From Chara braunii (taxonomy: Eukaryota; Plantae; Charophyceae): a DNA stretch of 64,000 bases. The notes beneath the pieces are model-generated. The model saw nothing but the letters and a program-made list of their open reading frames with translations, did not search any database and had not been told where the DNA came from. This document shows positions 47,163 through 59,474 of this stretch, in pieces (positions within the stretch are counted from its first letter, which is position 1; every line of letters starts with the position of its first letter). The stretch lies in the NCBI GenBank assembly GCA_003427395.1, contig BFEA01000030.1, positions 5,011,728-5,075,727 on the forward strand. The letters run 5' to 3'. The position numbers and the translations under genes were made by a program.

Positions 47163-47960
47163 TCATCCGCCCTGCAGCCCCAGCACAATTTCGAAGGAAC
47201 GAGAAAAAATCCCAGACCCAGGGGGGATCAAAGGACACAGAGTCGTACTTACCGTGGTCACCAGTGATGTGGTAGGAGTCGTAGTCATTATTGGCAAAAC
47301 CTTCCATGTAGTTGATTTATTTGTCACATTAGGCATTGCTGTTGACAGTGATGCTGTAGATGTCAGCGTGGTAAGTGTCGTCGAAGTTGTTGAGATCGTT
47401 GTTGCTGTTGTGTGATGCATTAATATGGTATAAGATGTCATCGTCGTAGGCGTTGTTGATGCAGTTATTGTTGCTTTTGTACCATGTGACATCGCCACGA
47501 TGGGCATCGGAGCAGCCGTCGTTATTGTGTTTGATGCTGTTGTTGTTGATGATGATGTTTTCCTTGTTGGTAACACAGACTCCCCTGAATAAGCGGTGAC
47601 AAGATTGGATACATCAGCCTCCCTCCATGCTTCAGTCGCTAGCCTCTCTTTCAGCGCATCGTAGTAATCTACCCCCTGCTCATATATCATGTTCCAACTG
47701 ATGATCAGAGCGTCAGCCCGTTGCCAATCAATGAGAGTCTCCAAAGCCGGATCCTCCTTGATCTGCCAAAGGATGGTTTCAAGTTGTTGAAGCTTATCCT
47801 CCAGCCATGCAGCCAAGGCAGATCCCCCCCAATCCACCACCGGGCAGGCCTGGGCAACAGAGGACAAAACTTTGACAATCTGCCGCATGCGTCGTTGTGT
47901 ATCTTCCAGTTCGGACAACCACCCATCTGCCCGGCGTTGGAGATCCTCTGGTGAAGCCAT
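47163..47960 (-). CDS. Orphan protein (helical N-terminal domain plus long Thr-rich tail), paralog of 24577-25194
   Basis: Homology begins at the internal ATG at 47960. The frame is open to 47163. Confidence 0.6.
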   Translation of the reverse strand: MASPEDLQRRADGWLSELEDTQRRMRQIVKVLSSVAQACPVVDWGGSALAAWLEDKLQQLETILWQIKEDPALETLIDWQRADALIISWNMIYEQGVDYYDALKERLATEAWREADVSNLVTAYSGESVLPTRKTSSSTTTASNTITTAAPMPIVAMSHGTKATITASTTPTTMTSYTILMHHTTATTISTTSTTLTTLTSTASLSTAMPNVTNKSTTWKVLPIMTTTPTTSLVTTVSTTLCPLIPPGSGIFSRSFEIVLGLQGG

Positions 47961-48524
47961 CGCCTCCAGAATTGCCACGTGTGATAGTCCCTGCGCAAGG
48001 ACGCCTTCTCCACGCTGACCACGAGATGCCACCATTTCGCCCACACCTTCACCTGCCCCGTCGGTCAAGCCCAATCGACCCATCGTTGGCTGACCCACTA
48101 GCAACCTCCGGTGATGACGTCAACGCCTTCTGTCCTCCTCGGTAATTCCGAGGCGTTGGATCTCAAGATTGCCGGGCCTGCCGGCCGGTTCGTTCCCCGC
48201 ACGCTCGCCCACCTGGGCTACTGTTCTTCTTTCCCCTCTTTTTTTAAAAAAAAGGGAAAGAGTGTATCAGTAGTTGATCATGGGCGATGAGTGAGCAAGC
48301 TTTCTCCCACATACACCTAAACAGTGGTCTCCCTTTTGGGGAACGTCTAGTGGAAGTCCGCAGACAGGTTCTACCACATCTCTCAGTTTCTTTAATAAGG
48401 GGAAGAAAAACGAACAGACAGAATACTGCATCCAAAATACGGAACACCAATGTGGCCACAGAGTGGGCACATGCTTTATTTTTTACTTTTTTTTTTTTTT
48501 TTTTTTCTTACAATCAATTCATGA

Positions 48525-48576
48525 CTCCATCTATTCGTGGGGAGCAGCACGTGCTGGAAAACGGGTCCTGCGTCCC
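48525..48576 (-). repeat. Dispersed ~55-bp hairpin repeat, copy 6, with poly(A) ~20 nt downstream
   Basis: Reverse complement reads GGGACGCAGGACCCGTTTTCCAGCACGTGCTGCTCCCCACGAATAGATGGAG. Confidence 0.8.
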
Positions 48577-49071
48577 ATATACATAAAAATCAAAGTACAA
48601 GGACATGCTGCAACCCATACTTCTTCTCCAACCAAGGGGCAACAGAAAACTTTTAATGGGTAAGCCTCAACGCTATGCCTCTAACTGCCCACTCTCAGCA
48701 AGATCTTCCCTCTGTTAGGTCCATAAATCATCTAGTCTGTTATAGGCAACTATGTACCGCCTCACAAGTTACATCAGCATTAAACAACACAGATAGTAGC
48801 CAAAGCCGACACAGGACTCTCCTTCTCATCCGTACTGACGGGAGGAACGGATGATTATCATCCCCTCTTTTATACCATCTACTCTGTCAAGGTTAGCAAA
48901 GACCAATGCGCACTAATCTCCAATGAGCTCAATCACACTCCATGTACTTTACCTGCCTTACTTCAGAAGAGTCTTCCATTCAAATACAGACTGGTTCATT
49001 GCAACACTCTTCCCATTTTGATTGTTGTCTGATCGAAAAGTTGCTGGAAGTTAGCCCTGCCATTCCTCCCA

Positions 49072-49365
<294 letters not shown>

Positions 49366-50026
49366 TGTTTGTCTGTCTTTTACATGCCGACATAGCTCCC
49401 ATAGAGTTGAGTAGTGCTCCTTTGAGGCTCCTCCTTTTGCGATCTTGCATGTTATCCTGCTCTCCTCTCATTGCGTTTCAAAGCGTTGCATGGGAAGGAC
49501 GCTTTCAGCGTTCTTCGGTTTATAAATGTTCGACTTGTTCGTGATTTCGCCGTCTTGAATGCTGCCACCTGTCTGTCGTTCAGCTCCGCAGCTCTTGTTT
49601 GAGAACCCCATGCTGCTTGCCTCCCTCCCCTCCGCAAAGGGCCAGCCCACTCCCTCCTCTCAGCCCTGGACAAGCTCGTGTCTCTGTTGCTCGAGCTAAC
49701 CTGTGTGGCTCGACCGCTCCAAGACCCACCTTCCCTGCGCTGCGTGCTCCGGGGCATGGTGGTTAAACTCCGCGCGGCTATGCACACGGCACCGCCGCGT
49801 GGCTATGGCTAAACCCTAAGATCGTTCCGCTCACGTCACGGGCGCGGAGCACTACAGCGCCGGCTACCCGCTTCACCCCTCGTTTTATCGTCCTTGTTAA
49901 GTTATGGCGGTTTTTTCTTTTCTCCTTTTCGCTGGCCTTTGAGCATCCGAGCTTGTGTTTTTTTCACTAACAGTTACATGTGTGTGCACTTTTTTCCTTT
50001 TTCTTTTTCTTTTTTTTTTCTTAAAA

Positions 50027-51690
50027 TGCAATCAGACTCGCTATCTTTCACACTTCACATGCATGTAAACAGGTTGCACAGCAAACTGGCGACGAACGCC
50101 CAATCAAACTCCGAGATATAGTAACCAAGAACGCAGTTCAGGTACAAGTTCACTTCAAATGGCTATGGCGGCACAACGCCTGTACAACTCTCTGTTCGCA
50201 CACACAGGATCACCCTGGATATCCCACACGCGACACTCTGAACACACATACACACACATACACGCTACACTCTCCTAACAACTATGGCAACTATTGCCGT
50301 TGCTACCCTATCGCTATGGCTAAGCTCTCCCTCTCGCCCACTTCGTCTTCGGGCTCACTGCAAACCACCTCGCACAAGTCGCTGTGGCAGGGCTTCAGCA
50401 TCGCTTAGGGAGGAATGAATGAATGGCTGGGCGCTGCCTCTTGAATTATACTTTTGTGGCTCGTTGGTCTGACCCTTTCCCACGCCCGTGGTACACACAG
50501 ACTGACACAGTCCCATACGGTACTTGCTTGATTGGAGTAGGACTGACCGGGACTGGGAATGATGACTCAACACAGGTGGACTCCACCACTTGCCCACTTG
50601 CCTCAGCCTAAGCGTGAGCAGCTTCGAAAGGTCAGTGCTAGGACCTTCTGGAAGTTTCAACTCTGGCATTTCGGATACATTAGCAGCTACGACCTTGACC
50701 CCTCAAGATTGTAGCAGCTACGACCTTGACCCCTCAAGATTGTAGCAGCTACGACCATGACCTTTCAGAGGTCCTACAACTACGACTTCTAGAACTCCCT
50801 AAGACCACTATGCTATAGGTCTACAGACGAGTCGTCAGACATAGTCTTTAGCCCTACTCAGCCCGTGTGGGTTTGGTCAACAAGGCCCTATCCTTCATTC
50901 ACAGAGTCCTATCACCTGGACAGAAGAGACTCGATGCAGAAAGAAGAGATAAACAGACTTGACTCAGCAAGTACCACAGGGTGTGTGCACATCCATAGGG
51001 CGAGGGTATAGGCTGAGGGCTTGGCGAGATTATACCGGCTCCAGCTTGGTCAAAATCGTGGTCAACAGTCTTTGTCAACGCCTCGGTCGATGCTTGGTCA
51101 ACGCTGCACTCAACCCCCGGTCAACTCCGGTCAATGCACGGTCAACGCCCGGTCAATGCCCGGTCAACTCTTCCGGTCAGCTATGGCTGCCGGCTTCTCC
51201 TTCCTCACCACCCTTCTTCCTTTCTCCTTCCTCACCTCTTTCTTCTTCTACCCAGCTGTCTTCTCTCCCTTTTTTTTTTTTTTTTTTTTTTTTTGTTCGT
51301 CGCTCCCTTCACCTTCCTCCGCTTCACTTCTCTCCTCGGTCTCTCCTTCAGTCCTCTCTTTCACCTCCTTCATCACTCTGTTGTTGAGCTCCGCGGCTCT
51401 GGCCGCCTTCTTCTTCCTCGTGGAACTGCACGACAGTCTTCACAGGTACATGACAGCCAATCTTGTATCNNNNNNNNNNNNNNNNNNNNNNNNNNNNNNN
51501 NNNNNNNNNNNNNNNNNNNNNNNNNNNNNNNNNNNNNNNNNNNNNNNNNNNNNNNNNNNNNNNNNNNNNNNNNNNNNNNNNNNNNNNNNNNNNNNNNNNN
51601 NNNNNNNNNNNNNNNNNNNNNNNNNNNNNNNNNNNNNNNNNNNNNNNNNNNNNNNNNNNNNNNNNNNNNNNNNNNNNNNNNNNNNNNNNN

Positions 51691-51746
<56 letters not shown>

Positions 51747-52806
51747 GTCTTCTCTGCAGGTGCGCGCGGCGGCTTCTTTAACCTGCGGATCTGCTATGGC
51801 AGACTTCTTCTCCGATGGCGCCTTCAGCTATGGCGCGCGACTCTCCCTGCGGCATACGACGAACGCGCGTGGAATAGCGGGTACCAGCTCCGATACCAAT
51901 GCAATCAGACGCGCTATCTTTCACACTTCACATGCATGCAAACAGGTTGCGCAGCAAACTGGCGACGAGCGCCCACTCAAACTCAGAGATATAGTAACCA
52001 AGAACGCAGTTCAGGTACAAGTTCACTTCAGATGGCTATGGCGGCACAGCGCCTGTACAACTCTCTGTTCGCACACACAGGATCACCCTGGATATCCCAC
52101 ACGCGACACTCTGAACAGACGTACACACACACACACACACGCGCTACACTCTCCTAACAGCTATGGCGGCTATGGCCGCTGCTACCCTATCGCTATGGCT
52201 AAGCTCTCCCTCTCGCCCACTTCGTCTTCGGGCTCACTGCAGACCACCTCGCACAAGTCACTGTGGCAGCGCTTCCGCATGGCTTACGCAGGAATGAATG
52301 AATGGCTGGGCGCTGCCTCTTGATTTATACTTCTGTGGCTCGTTGGTCTGGCCCTTTCCCACGCCCGTGGTGCACACAGTCCCATACGGTACTTGCTTGA
52401 CTGGACTAGGAATGACTGGGACTGGGACTGCTGACTCAACACAGGTGGACTCCACCACTTGCCCACTTGCCTCAGCCTAAACGTGAGCGGCTTCGAAAGG
52501 CCAGTGCTAGGACCTTCTGGAAGTTTCAACTCTGGCCTTTCGGATACTGTAGCAGCTACGACCTTGACCCTTCAGGACTGTAGCAGCTACAACCTTGACC
52601 TTTCAGAGGTCCTACAGCTATGACTTCTGGAACTCCCTAAGACCACTATGCTACAGGTCTACAGAACGAACCCCTATCATCGACAGACCCTACGACAGTC
52701 TGCCAACTGTGAGAACAGACACAGGTTGTGGGTTCAACTCCTGGGCTCGACACAGGTAATGTACACAGGTAAGGTAAAGTCTAGGGTTCGAGCCCTGGGA
52801 TCTGCA
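50027..52806 (-). mobile_element. Small non-autonomous LTR retroelement (TRIM/LARD-like) spanning an N gap
   Basis: Direct repeats 50027-50825 and 51900-52663 both start TGCAATCAGAC. PBS TGGTATCGGAGC lies at 51887-51898 (-). The right copy plausibly ends ..GATCTGCA at 52806. No TSD or PPT was seen. Confidence 0.6.
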
Positions 52807-52959
52807 TTCGTTACTGCTAATAGGTGAACACCGTTTCAAAAAAAACTAATCCATTTTTTATTATTATTTTTTTTTACAAAGCCGGGAATCCGGTGGAGCG
52901 TCACGCACATCATTGAGAGCAACCCTTTGGAATGAACCAGGCATCACCGCCCAGGTAGT

Positions 52960-53343
52960 TTTTAATTGTTGAAATACTCCTAAAATTTTGGGTATTTCGT
53001 TAGATACCCGTAAAACACAGAGGTATGCTGAAATGCCCGGAACTTCTGCATCTCCCCAAACCCAGGTCATTTGCAACTTTGCCATCTGCCCTGGCCCTGG
53101 TCTTCAGGGGGCCCGTGCATTTATTTTGCCATCTGCAGGGTCCAACGCCCTAAAATACTGGGCCATATAGACAAGTTGCCCAGGGCCCCCTAGGGGTATA
53201 TGCAAAAGATGACCCATCAAATTGGTGAGTGGGATATTTCACAAAGTTTCAATATTGTCATAGGGGCATTTCACCATATCCATGCCTTCTAGGGGTATCT
53301 GACGAAATACTCCAAACTTTCAGGGGCATTCCGCAATTTCCCT
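52960..53343. mobile_element. MITE with ~50-bp imperfect TIRs (Mutator-like style)
   Basis: AATTGTTGAAATACTCCTAAAATTTTGGGTATTTCGTTAGATACCC versus the reverse complement of GGGTATCTGACGAAATACTCCAAACTTTCAGGGGCATTCCGCAATT. Confidence 0.55.
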
Positions 53344-53510
53344 TTCTTTTCTTAAAAGCTTGTTTCATTCAAGGAAAGACATGGGTGCATAGGCATCATT
53401 GATTCCTCTCCTATTGAGATTGGAAAAAAAAAAAAAAAACAATCCAAAAAGCCCATTGGGCTTACTGTACTGGTGGTACTTCTACTTCCCTTGCTAAGGG
53501 CATACTCACA

Positions 53511-53630
53511 CTACCTTCCTTCCCGGAATACAACGTACCGTCATTATAGCTGCAGCTGCATTTTTTGGGGCATCTTTCAGACTAAATGCAGCAGTAGTGA
53601 CCTTACGTTGTATTCGGGGGAAGAAGGTAG
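53511..53630. repeat. 120-bp imperfect hairpin (tiny MITE-like)
   Basis: CTACCTTCCTTCCCGGAATACAACGTA..TACGTTGTATTCGGGGGAAGAAGGTAG, plus an inner stem. Confidence 0.8.
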
Positions 53631-54804
53631 GGCCTTTTATGGCAAAATAGCAAAAAATTGATGGTTGGGCCAGTTGCACGAGGCATGGAAAGTCGCAACA
53701 GTAGCAAATGGGGTATCAAATGTCAGCGGCCTCGCGAGCCGCGGGAAAGGGCATTTTGCTACCACCTTTGGTAGCAAATTCTCTTTTTCAGTTTGGGATT
53801 TCCTGAAAGGAGATTTGGGTGCGTCCATCAACTGCTCCTAGCCAGAGGAAACTTGAAACAGATTTTACTGGACCTAAAAAACAAAAAACAGGAAAAAAGT
53901 TAGGATTTGGGCCTCGCACTGTGTGACCACGTGAGGCACCATTTCGGCAATTTTTTATTTGCTCCCACTGTGTGACCGGGCCGGGTCGTACTTCTCAAAA
54001 AGCAGGATTGCAAATTTCTCAGATTTTGCTGCTTTGCTACGGCTGTGTGAGTCACTGCTGACCTTTCTTTTTTTTTTTCTTTTTTTTTTTTTAACTGAGA
54101 GATGTAAATCACCAGTACGTTCCCCAGCTATGTTTTCAGAGTTGCGGCTAGCATGCAGCCACAACTTTCGGGGCTCGGCCGCCGGAGCAAAATGGCTGGC
54201 GGCGCCAGCCAAAAGGATGCCCGAGCCGGTGCCCCCACCTTGTCAGGACAACCATTGGATGCCCGCTGCTGGCAATCACCGTGTGTCTGGCCATTGGCCT
54301 CTACAACACCCTGGGCTTTATAAGAAAGAAAGAAAAAAAGGATGCCCGAGCCAGTTCCTTTCTTTTTTTGGCCACACAGTGTGATTCCAGCCGCGGAGAA
54401 AAGTACCTCTGAAGTACCCAGGGGGGTTGAACTATTTGGCATCTTTTGCTAGCAATCTTTTTTTTTAACCACATCCCTGTGTTCCGAGTCATCCAGCACC
54501 CAGGGGGGGTATTCCCTGGGCTGGGGTCCCACTAGCAAAGAGGATCGGATTAACCTCCTGGACGTGTATTATGCAGAGATGCAGAAAAGCAGCTCAACCT
54601 CGACTTCCTCCACCTCTCCACAACCACGTCCACATTCAGGCATTCGATCCAATCCTCTTTGCTAGTGGGTATATGACACGCCCTGTGCTGTCTTCCGGTC
54701 GGAGTGAATAATTGTGCGGAATAGGCCCTGAAAGACAACAAAATGGGGTGTGCCAAGGATTTTTGGGAAATTGAGTGTGGGGACTCAGACAGAACTGAAG
54801 TCCC

Positions 54805-56005
54805 CCGCGTGGTTCCGGTTTTAGCGAGAACGGGTCATTGACTCGTGGGAAGGAAACAACTCCGCTTGATTTTCAAACATCCATTCAATCCAAAACGTAT
54901 CGATGAACCTTCGCGGGGGCTACTCGCCGTCTTTTAGAGTGAAAGGGCGAAGGGACGTACGTGGGATCTCGTTTTCAAATCAGATCCCGACATTGCTCAT
55001 TACAGAGCTCGGAATCCGACGTGGAGGGCCTCAGCCTGGCCGCTCGTTCCTTGTGTTAGTCTCTGCCACGTGTTTGGTAGTGGAACCCCCTTTTCCGATA
55101 ACGCTCTGTGTGGCGACAATCGCTGCACAGGGTATTAGGCCAATGAGGTGCCATTTCCGTCCATGGGATGACAATAAACTCGTTAAAAGGCAACAACAAC
55201 GAGNACGGGGGAAAGTGAGTATCGATAATGACAAAACCAGTGTCGACGAATCCAGGGCACCTTGTTTCTGGTGGAAAATAATATCGCCCCCCGATCTTGG
55301 CGAGGGCTTCCCGTACGTCCCACTCGCACACACGTGTCCTTTCCTCGTTGTAGGGGAATGGTCGTGATGGGGGTGCGGGAAGCCGGCACCCGGTCGGATC
55401 GAAATAATCGATCCGACCGGGTGCCGGCTTCCCGCACCCCCATCACGACCATTCCCCTACAACGAGGAAAGGACACGTGTGTGCGAGTGGGACGTACGGG
55501 AAGCCCTCGCCAAGATCGGGGGGCGATATTATTTTCCACCAGAAACAAGGTGCCCTGGATTCGTCGACACTGGTTTTGTCATTATCGATACTCACTTTCC
55601 CCCGTNCTCGTTGTTGTTGCCTTTTAACGAGTTTATTGTCATCCCATGGACGGAAATGGCACCTCATTGGCCTAATACCCTGTGCAGCGATTGTCGCCAC
55701 ACAGAGCGTTATCGGAAAAGGGGGTTCCACTACCAAACACGTGGCAGAGACTAACACAAGGAACGAGCGGCCAGGCTGAGGCCCTCCACGTCGGATTCCG
55801 AGCTCTGTAATGAGCAATGTCGGGATCTGATTTGAAAACGAGATCCCACGTACGTACCTTCGCCCTTTCACTCTAAAAGACGGCGAGTAGCCCCCGCGAA
55901 GGTTCATCGATACGTTTTGGATTGAATGGATGTTTGAAAATCAAGCGGAGTTGTTTCCTTCCCACGAGTCAATGACCCGTTCTCGCTAAAACCGGAACCA
56001 CGCGG
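54805..56005. repeat. 1.2-kb near-perfect palindrome (598-bp arms, 5-nt AATAA spacer) in LTR-related sequence
   Basis: Symmetric about 55405. One substitution was seen, and there is an N at symmetric positions 55204/55606. The left flank GGGGTGTGCCAAGGATTTTTGGGAAA is identical to the Gypsy LTR at ~22205. Confidence 0.95.
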
Positions 56006-57729
56006 ACCAAATTCATCGTAGGTGAGTCTACCCAATCGACTGCTTAATCTAAAAGACAATCAGTTCTGTAACGGTTATTGCAGTTCATTCATTGGACAAA
56101 CCGATCAAAAAGAGGAAGGGTATACGTTCGATAAAATTGCAACAACAATTATCATCCATCAAGACAGCGATGAGCATACATATCCCTAACCTTAGTGCGC
56201 TTCACACATGGTTAACCCGATCGATACAAATATGTATCAGATCCCGCATACACGATTCTTAAGATGTTCGAGGGACGTATCAAAAAAAAAAAAAAAAAAT
56301 GATTAAGAGATTTCAGTCCCTTTTGAGTTCAATGATACTCGTTCATGCGAGATCCGGTTGAATTCAACAGGGTGAACAAGATTAGGGAAATCCCGAGTCA
56401 ATCCGACATTCATCACACAGTCATGAGCACGAGAATGAGAAAAGAATCGAGGAAGAGAACCGGAGAGAAGAAGGAGAACTCAGATCACACATACAATCTC
56501 TGAGGGGAAAAACTCGACTATTCGCCGTAGACTTAACTTTCTAAGAACCAATCAGAAGAAGAACCCGAAAAAATCAAGGTGCCCCAACCTTTGCTCTTTG
56601 ATCATGACCTCTGGCCATGCAACCATTCATATACACACACTCCTCTCACTTAGGTGTTGACGATCCCGACCGCCACACACCAACCTCCAAACCACAGCGA
56701 TCGTCACCCCACCAACTCAGCTGCTACCAACTTGCCCAGATCCCGCATTTCATTGCGGCCACCCGATGCACAGCCATGCATACACTGCAGTCAACTCGTA
56801 AGGACTTTCCAACTTGCTACTTGCACATCACCTAGCCACGACTTCCCAGAAGTTGGCCGATGGGTTGAGAGAGAGTGATGTTTGGGCGAGTTTGCAGGTT
56901 TTATAGGTGCGCGGAGGGGAATAGAGAATGAAAAAGAGTGGGGTGGAGGTAAGAAGGGGTGAAGAGGGGGTTTGGGATAGTCGCCCATGGAAAGCCATAT
57001 CGATCCCCGCAGGTTTTTTCGCAGCCAATCAGATCATCGCGTGCGAGGGGTATCTGCCTTACACGACGTTACCTGACGACTTGAAATACTTTGAAGGAGA
57101 TCGGTAGGGAGTTCCGGTATGGGGATGTAGGTGGGAAGGAGGAGAGTGCGAAAAATAGCGCGGAGCGGGACCAAGATTCGGACGAGGAGTGGGGGTGAAG
57201 CGCGAGAGAGAGTGAATGGAAAACAGTTATGGGTGAAGGAGAGAAGGCGTGAAGAGGAGGAGAGTGAAGACTACATGAATCCTAGCGGGAAGCGGTGAAG
57301 CTTGCATGCATGACGCTAGTGCAAAAAATAAAAGGGCACCAAAACAGTTACGTTCCATCCTAAAGCTACTTCAAGAATACGAAATTCAAATGCAATACAA
57401 GAGTGAGGGCCTGAGCGCCAAGATCCTACGTCTATCTAGTTGCCTACTGAAAATTCACAGATTTTTCAAGGGCAGGTGCGGGCACATCCATATGCAAGAA
57501 ATGACACGTCATCAAGAAAAGCGTCCGCAAATCCCAGAATTCCCAACTGCGGAATAAAATTCCTGGCGCGTTTGCTAAGGCGCGCATAATTCCTGCGTAA
57601 ATGCATGGATTCCCCAAAAGCAATTGCAACAAAAGAAAACGTCATCTTGGACACAACAGGGCATGGCTGGCTGGCGATTCCATGCACTGGGAAGATAGCA
57701 AAAAGAAAGGGTACCCAAAAAGAGTCGAC

Positions 57730-58437
57730 GGGTCAGGTTGACAAAATTCGGGGCTTCAGAAGATCGTTTAGGTACGAAAGTTGGTATGCCACAAATCTAA
57801 GTATCTAACTACCCAGTCATTTTGTTGGACCATTGGTCCCTCCCGCAGGGTGAGCCGCCAAGCTAGAGGGAGGACCTCCCTTAGCAAGCCAACCTTTTCT
57901 TCTATGTTCATGACCTGCCTGAGTCTGTTGCAGCCGGCGGGGAGTTGCCCAGTTCCCTCTTACAAGGTACCATAAGTTTCCAATCGTAAAGATTCGCTTT
58001 TTGGCCCAAGTGAGCAAGGGGGAGTTAAGGTAAAAGAGTCACCTGTTTTGTGAAGGATATGTTTGTTGCCGAAGAGGGGTTGCCTCTATATATGATGTCA
58101 TTCGTTGGATAAATGTTTTTGTTGCAGCCCACGTTGCCTCCAAAGCTTGAGCATATAGGGCCAAAGCAGCTCATCCGTTATATCCATCTTTGCCGCTTGT
58201 GTTGGGTTGGTGGGCTGCCTGTGCTTTGGAGGTGATGGGATGGTCTAGTTGTTATTTGTCAGTCATTGGACTAAGTATACATTTTCGTCCATACCCGTTT
58301 CTGGAGTAAGATTGACTATTTGCAGGCAAGCCAATGATTCCCAGAGGATATCGTTTCCCATGAGCAATCGGATGAGGACTTTGAAGATGAGTGTCTTACT
58401 CTCTCTTTCAGGGTATAGGATTCCTAACCCCCCTTTG
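57730..58437 (-). mobile_element. Continuation of the older LINE (inverted relative to 40832-41798)
   Basis: After the TIR the frame reads KGGLGIL..IRLLMGNDILW..RQPLFGN..WAKKRIFTIGNLW, collinear with 38034-38560. Confidence 0.9.
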
Positions 58438-59474
58438 AACAGCGATTTCGTCAAAACGGACATTTTATATTTTTTGAACAAAATTGAAATTTTTATTTTC
58501 ATGTTGATTTTGGTGAATTTTTACGTTTTGAGTACACCATTTTGGGTAGGTACCCCGCATTTGTTTATAACTTGTGCTCATGTTCACCATAAGTTTTGCA
58601 TTGCTTTCTCACACATTTTGGGGGGCGTTACAGTTTCATTCGCATTACATGAAGCTATAGGGGTCTTCATGATGGGTTTTATTGTACTTTTCTATCACAT
58701 CGATTAACATTTACTATGTTTCGCAATATAATATCAGTTATTTTATTTTTTTTTATTGACAAATGCATTAAGACAAGATAAACATATTGAATATCTTACT
58801 CGAAAAACACATATGGCAGGTTCAGTCAATGACACAAAACTCCATGGACATCTATAAAAGTTAGAGACATTTCGTGCCACCCACGAATTACGAACAANNN
58901 NNNNNNNNNNNNNNNNNNNNNNNNNNNNNNNNNNNNNNNNNNNNNNNNNNNNNNNNNNNNNNNNNNNNNNNNNNNNNNNNNNNNNNNNNNNNNNNNNNNN
59001 NNNNNNNNNNNNNNNNNNNNNNNNNNNNNNNNNNNNNNNNNNNNNNNNNNNNNNNNNNNNNNNNNNNNNNNNNNNNNNNNNNNNNNNNNNNNNNNNNNNN
59101 NNNNNNNNNNNNNNNNNNNNNNNNNNNNNNNNNNNNNNNNNNNNNNNNNNNNNNNNNNNNNNNNNNNNNNNNNNNNNNNNNNNNNNNNNNNNNNNNNNNN
59201 NNNNNNNNNNNNNNNNNNNNNNNNNNNNNNNNNNNNNNNNNNNNNNNNNNNNNNNNNNNNNNNNNNNNNNNNNNNNNNNNNNNNNNNNNNNNAATATGTG
59301 CAGCCGCACATGATCGTACAAAAGGTGGAAATGCGCTTCGACATCGTTTTCAAAAAACTAAAATCCGGCACATGACGAAAAAAAACGATATGAGCGCTCG
59401 TACGACCGCAGGATCTACTATATTGCTATCTCCGTCTACATGTGCTAAGCTATAAATTTCTCTATACCAAAATG

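Noticed and set aside
54903-55907. Mirror-image ORF pairs
   Set aside because: They are a by-product of the palindrome and show no protein motifs.
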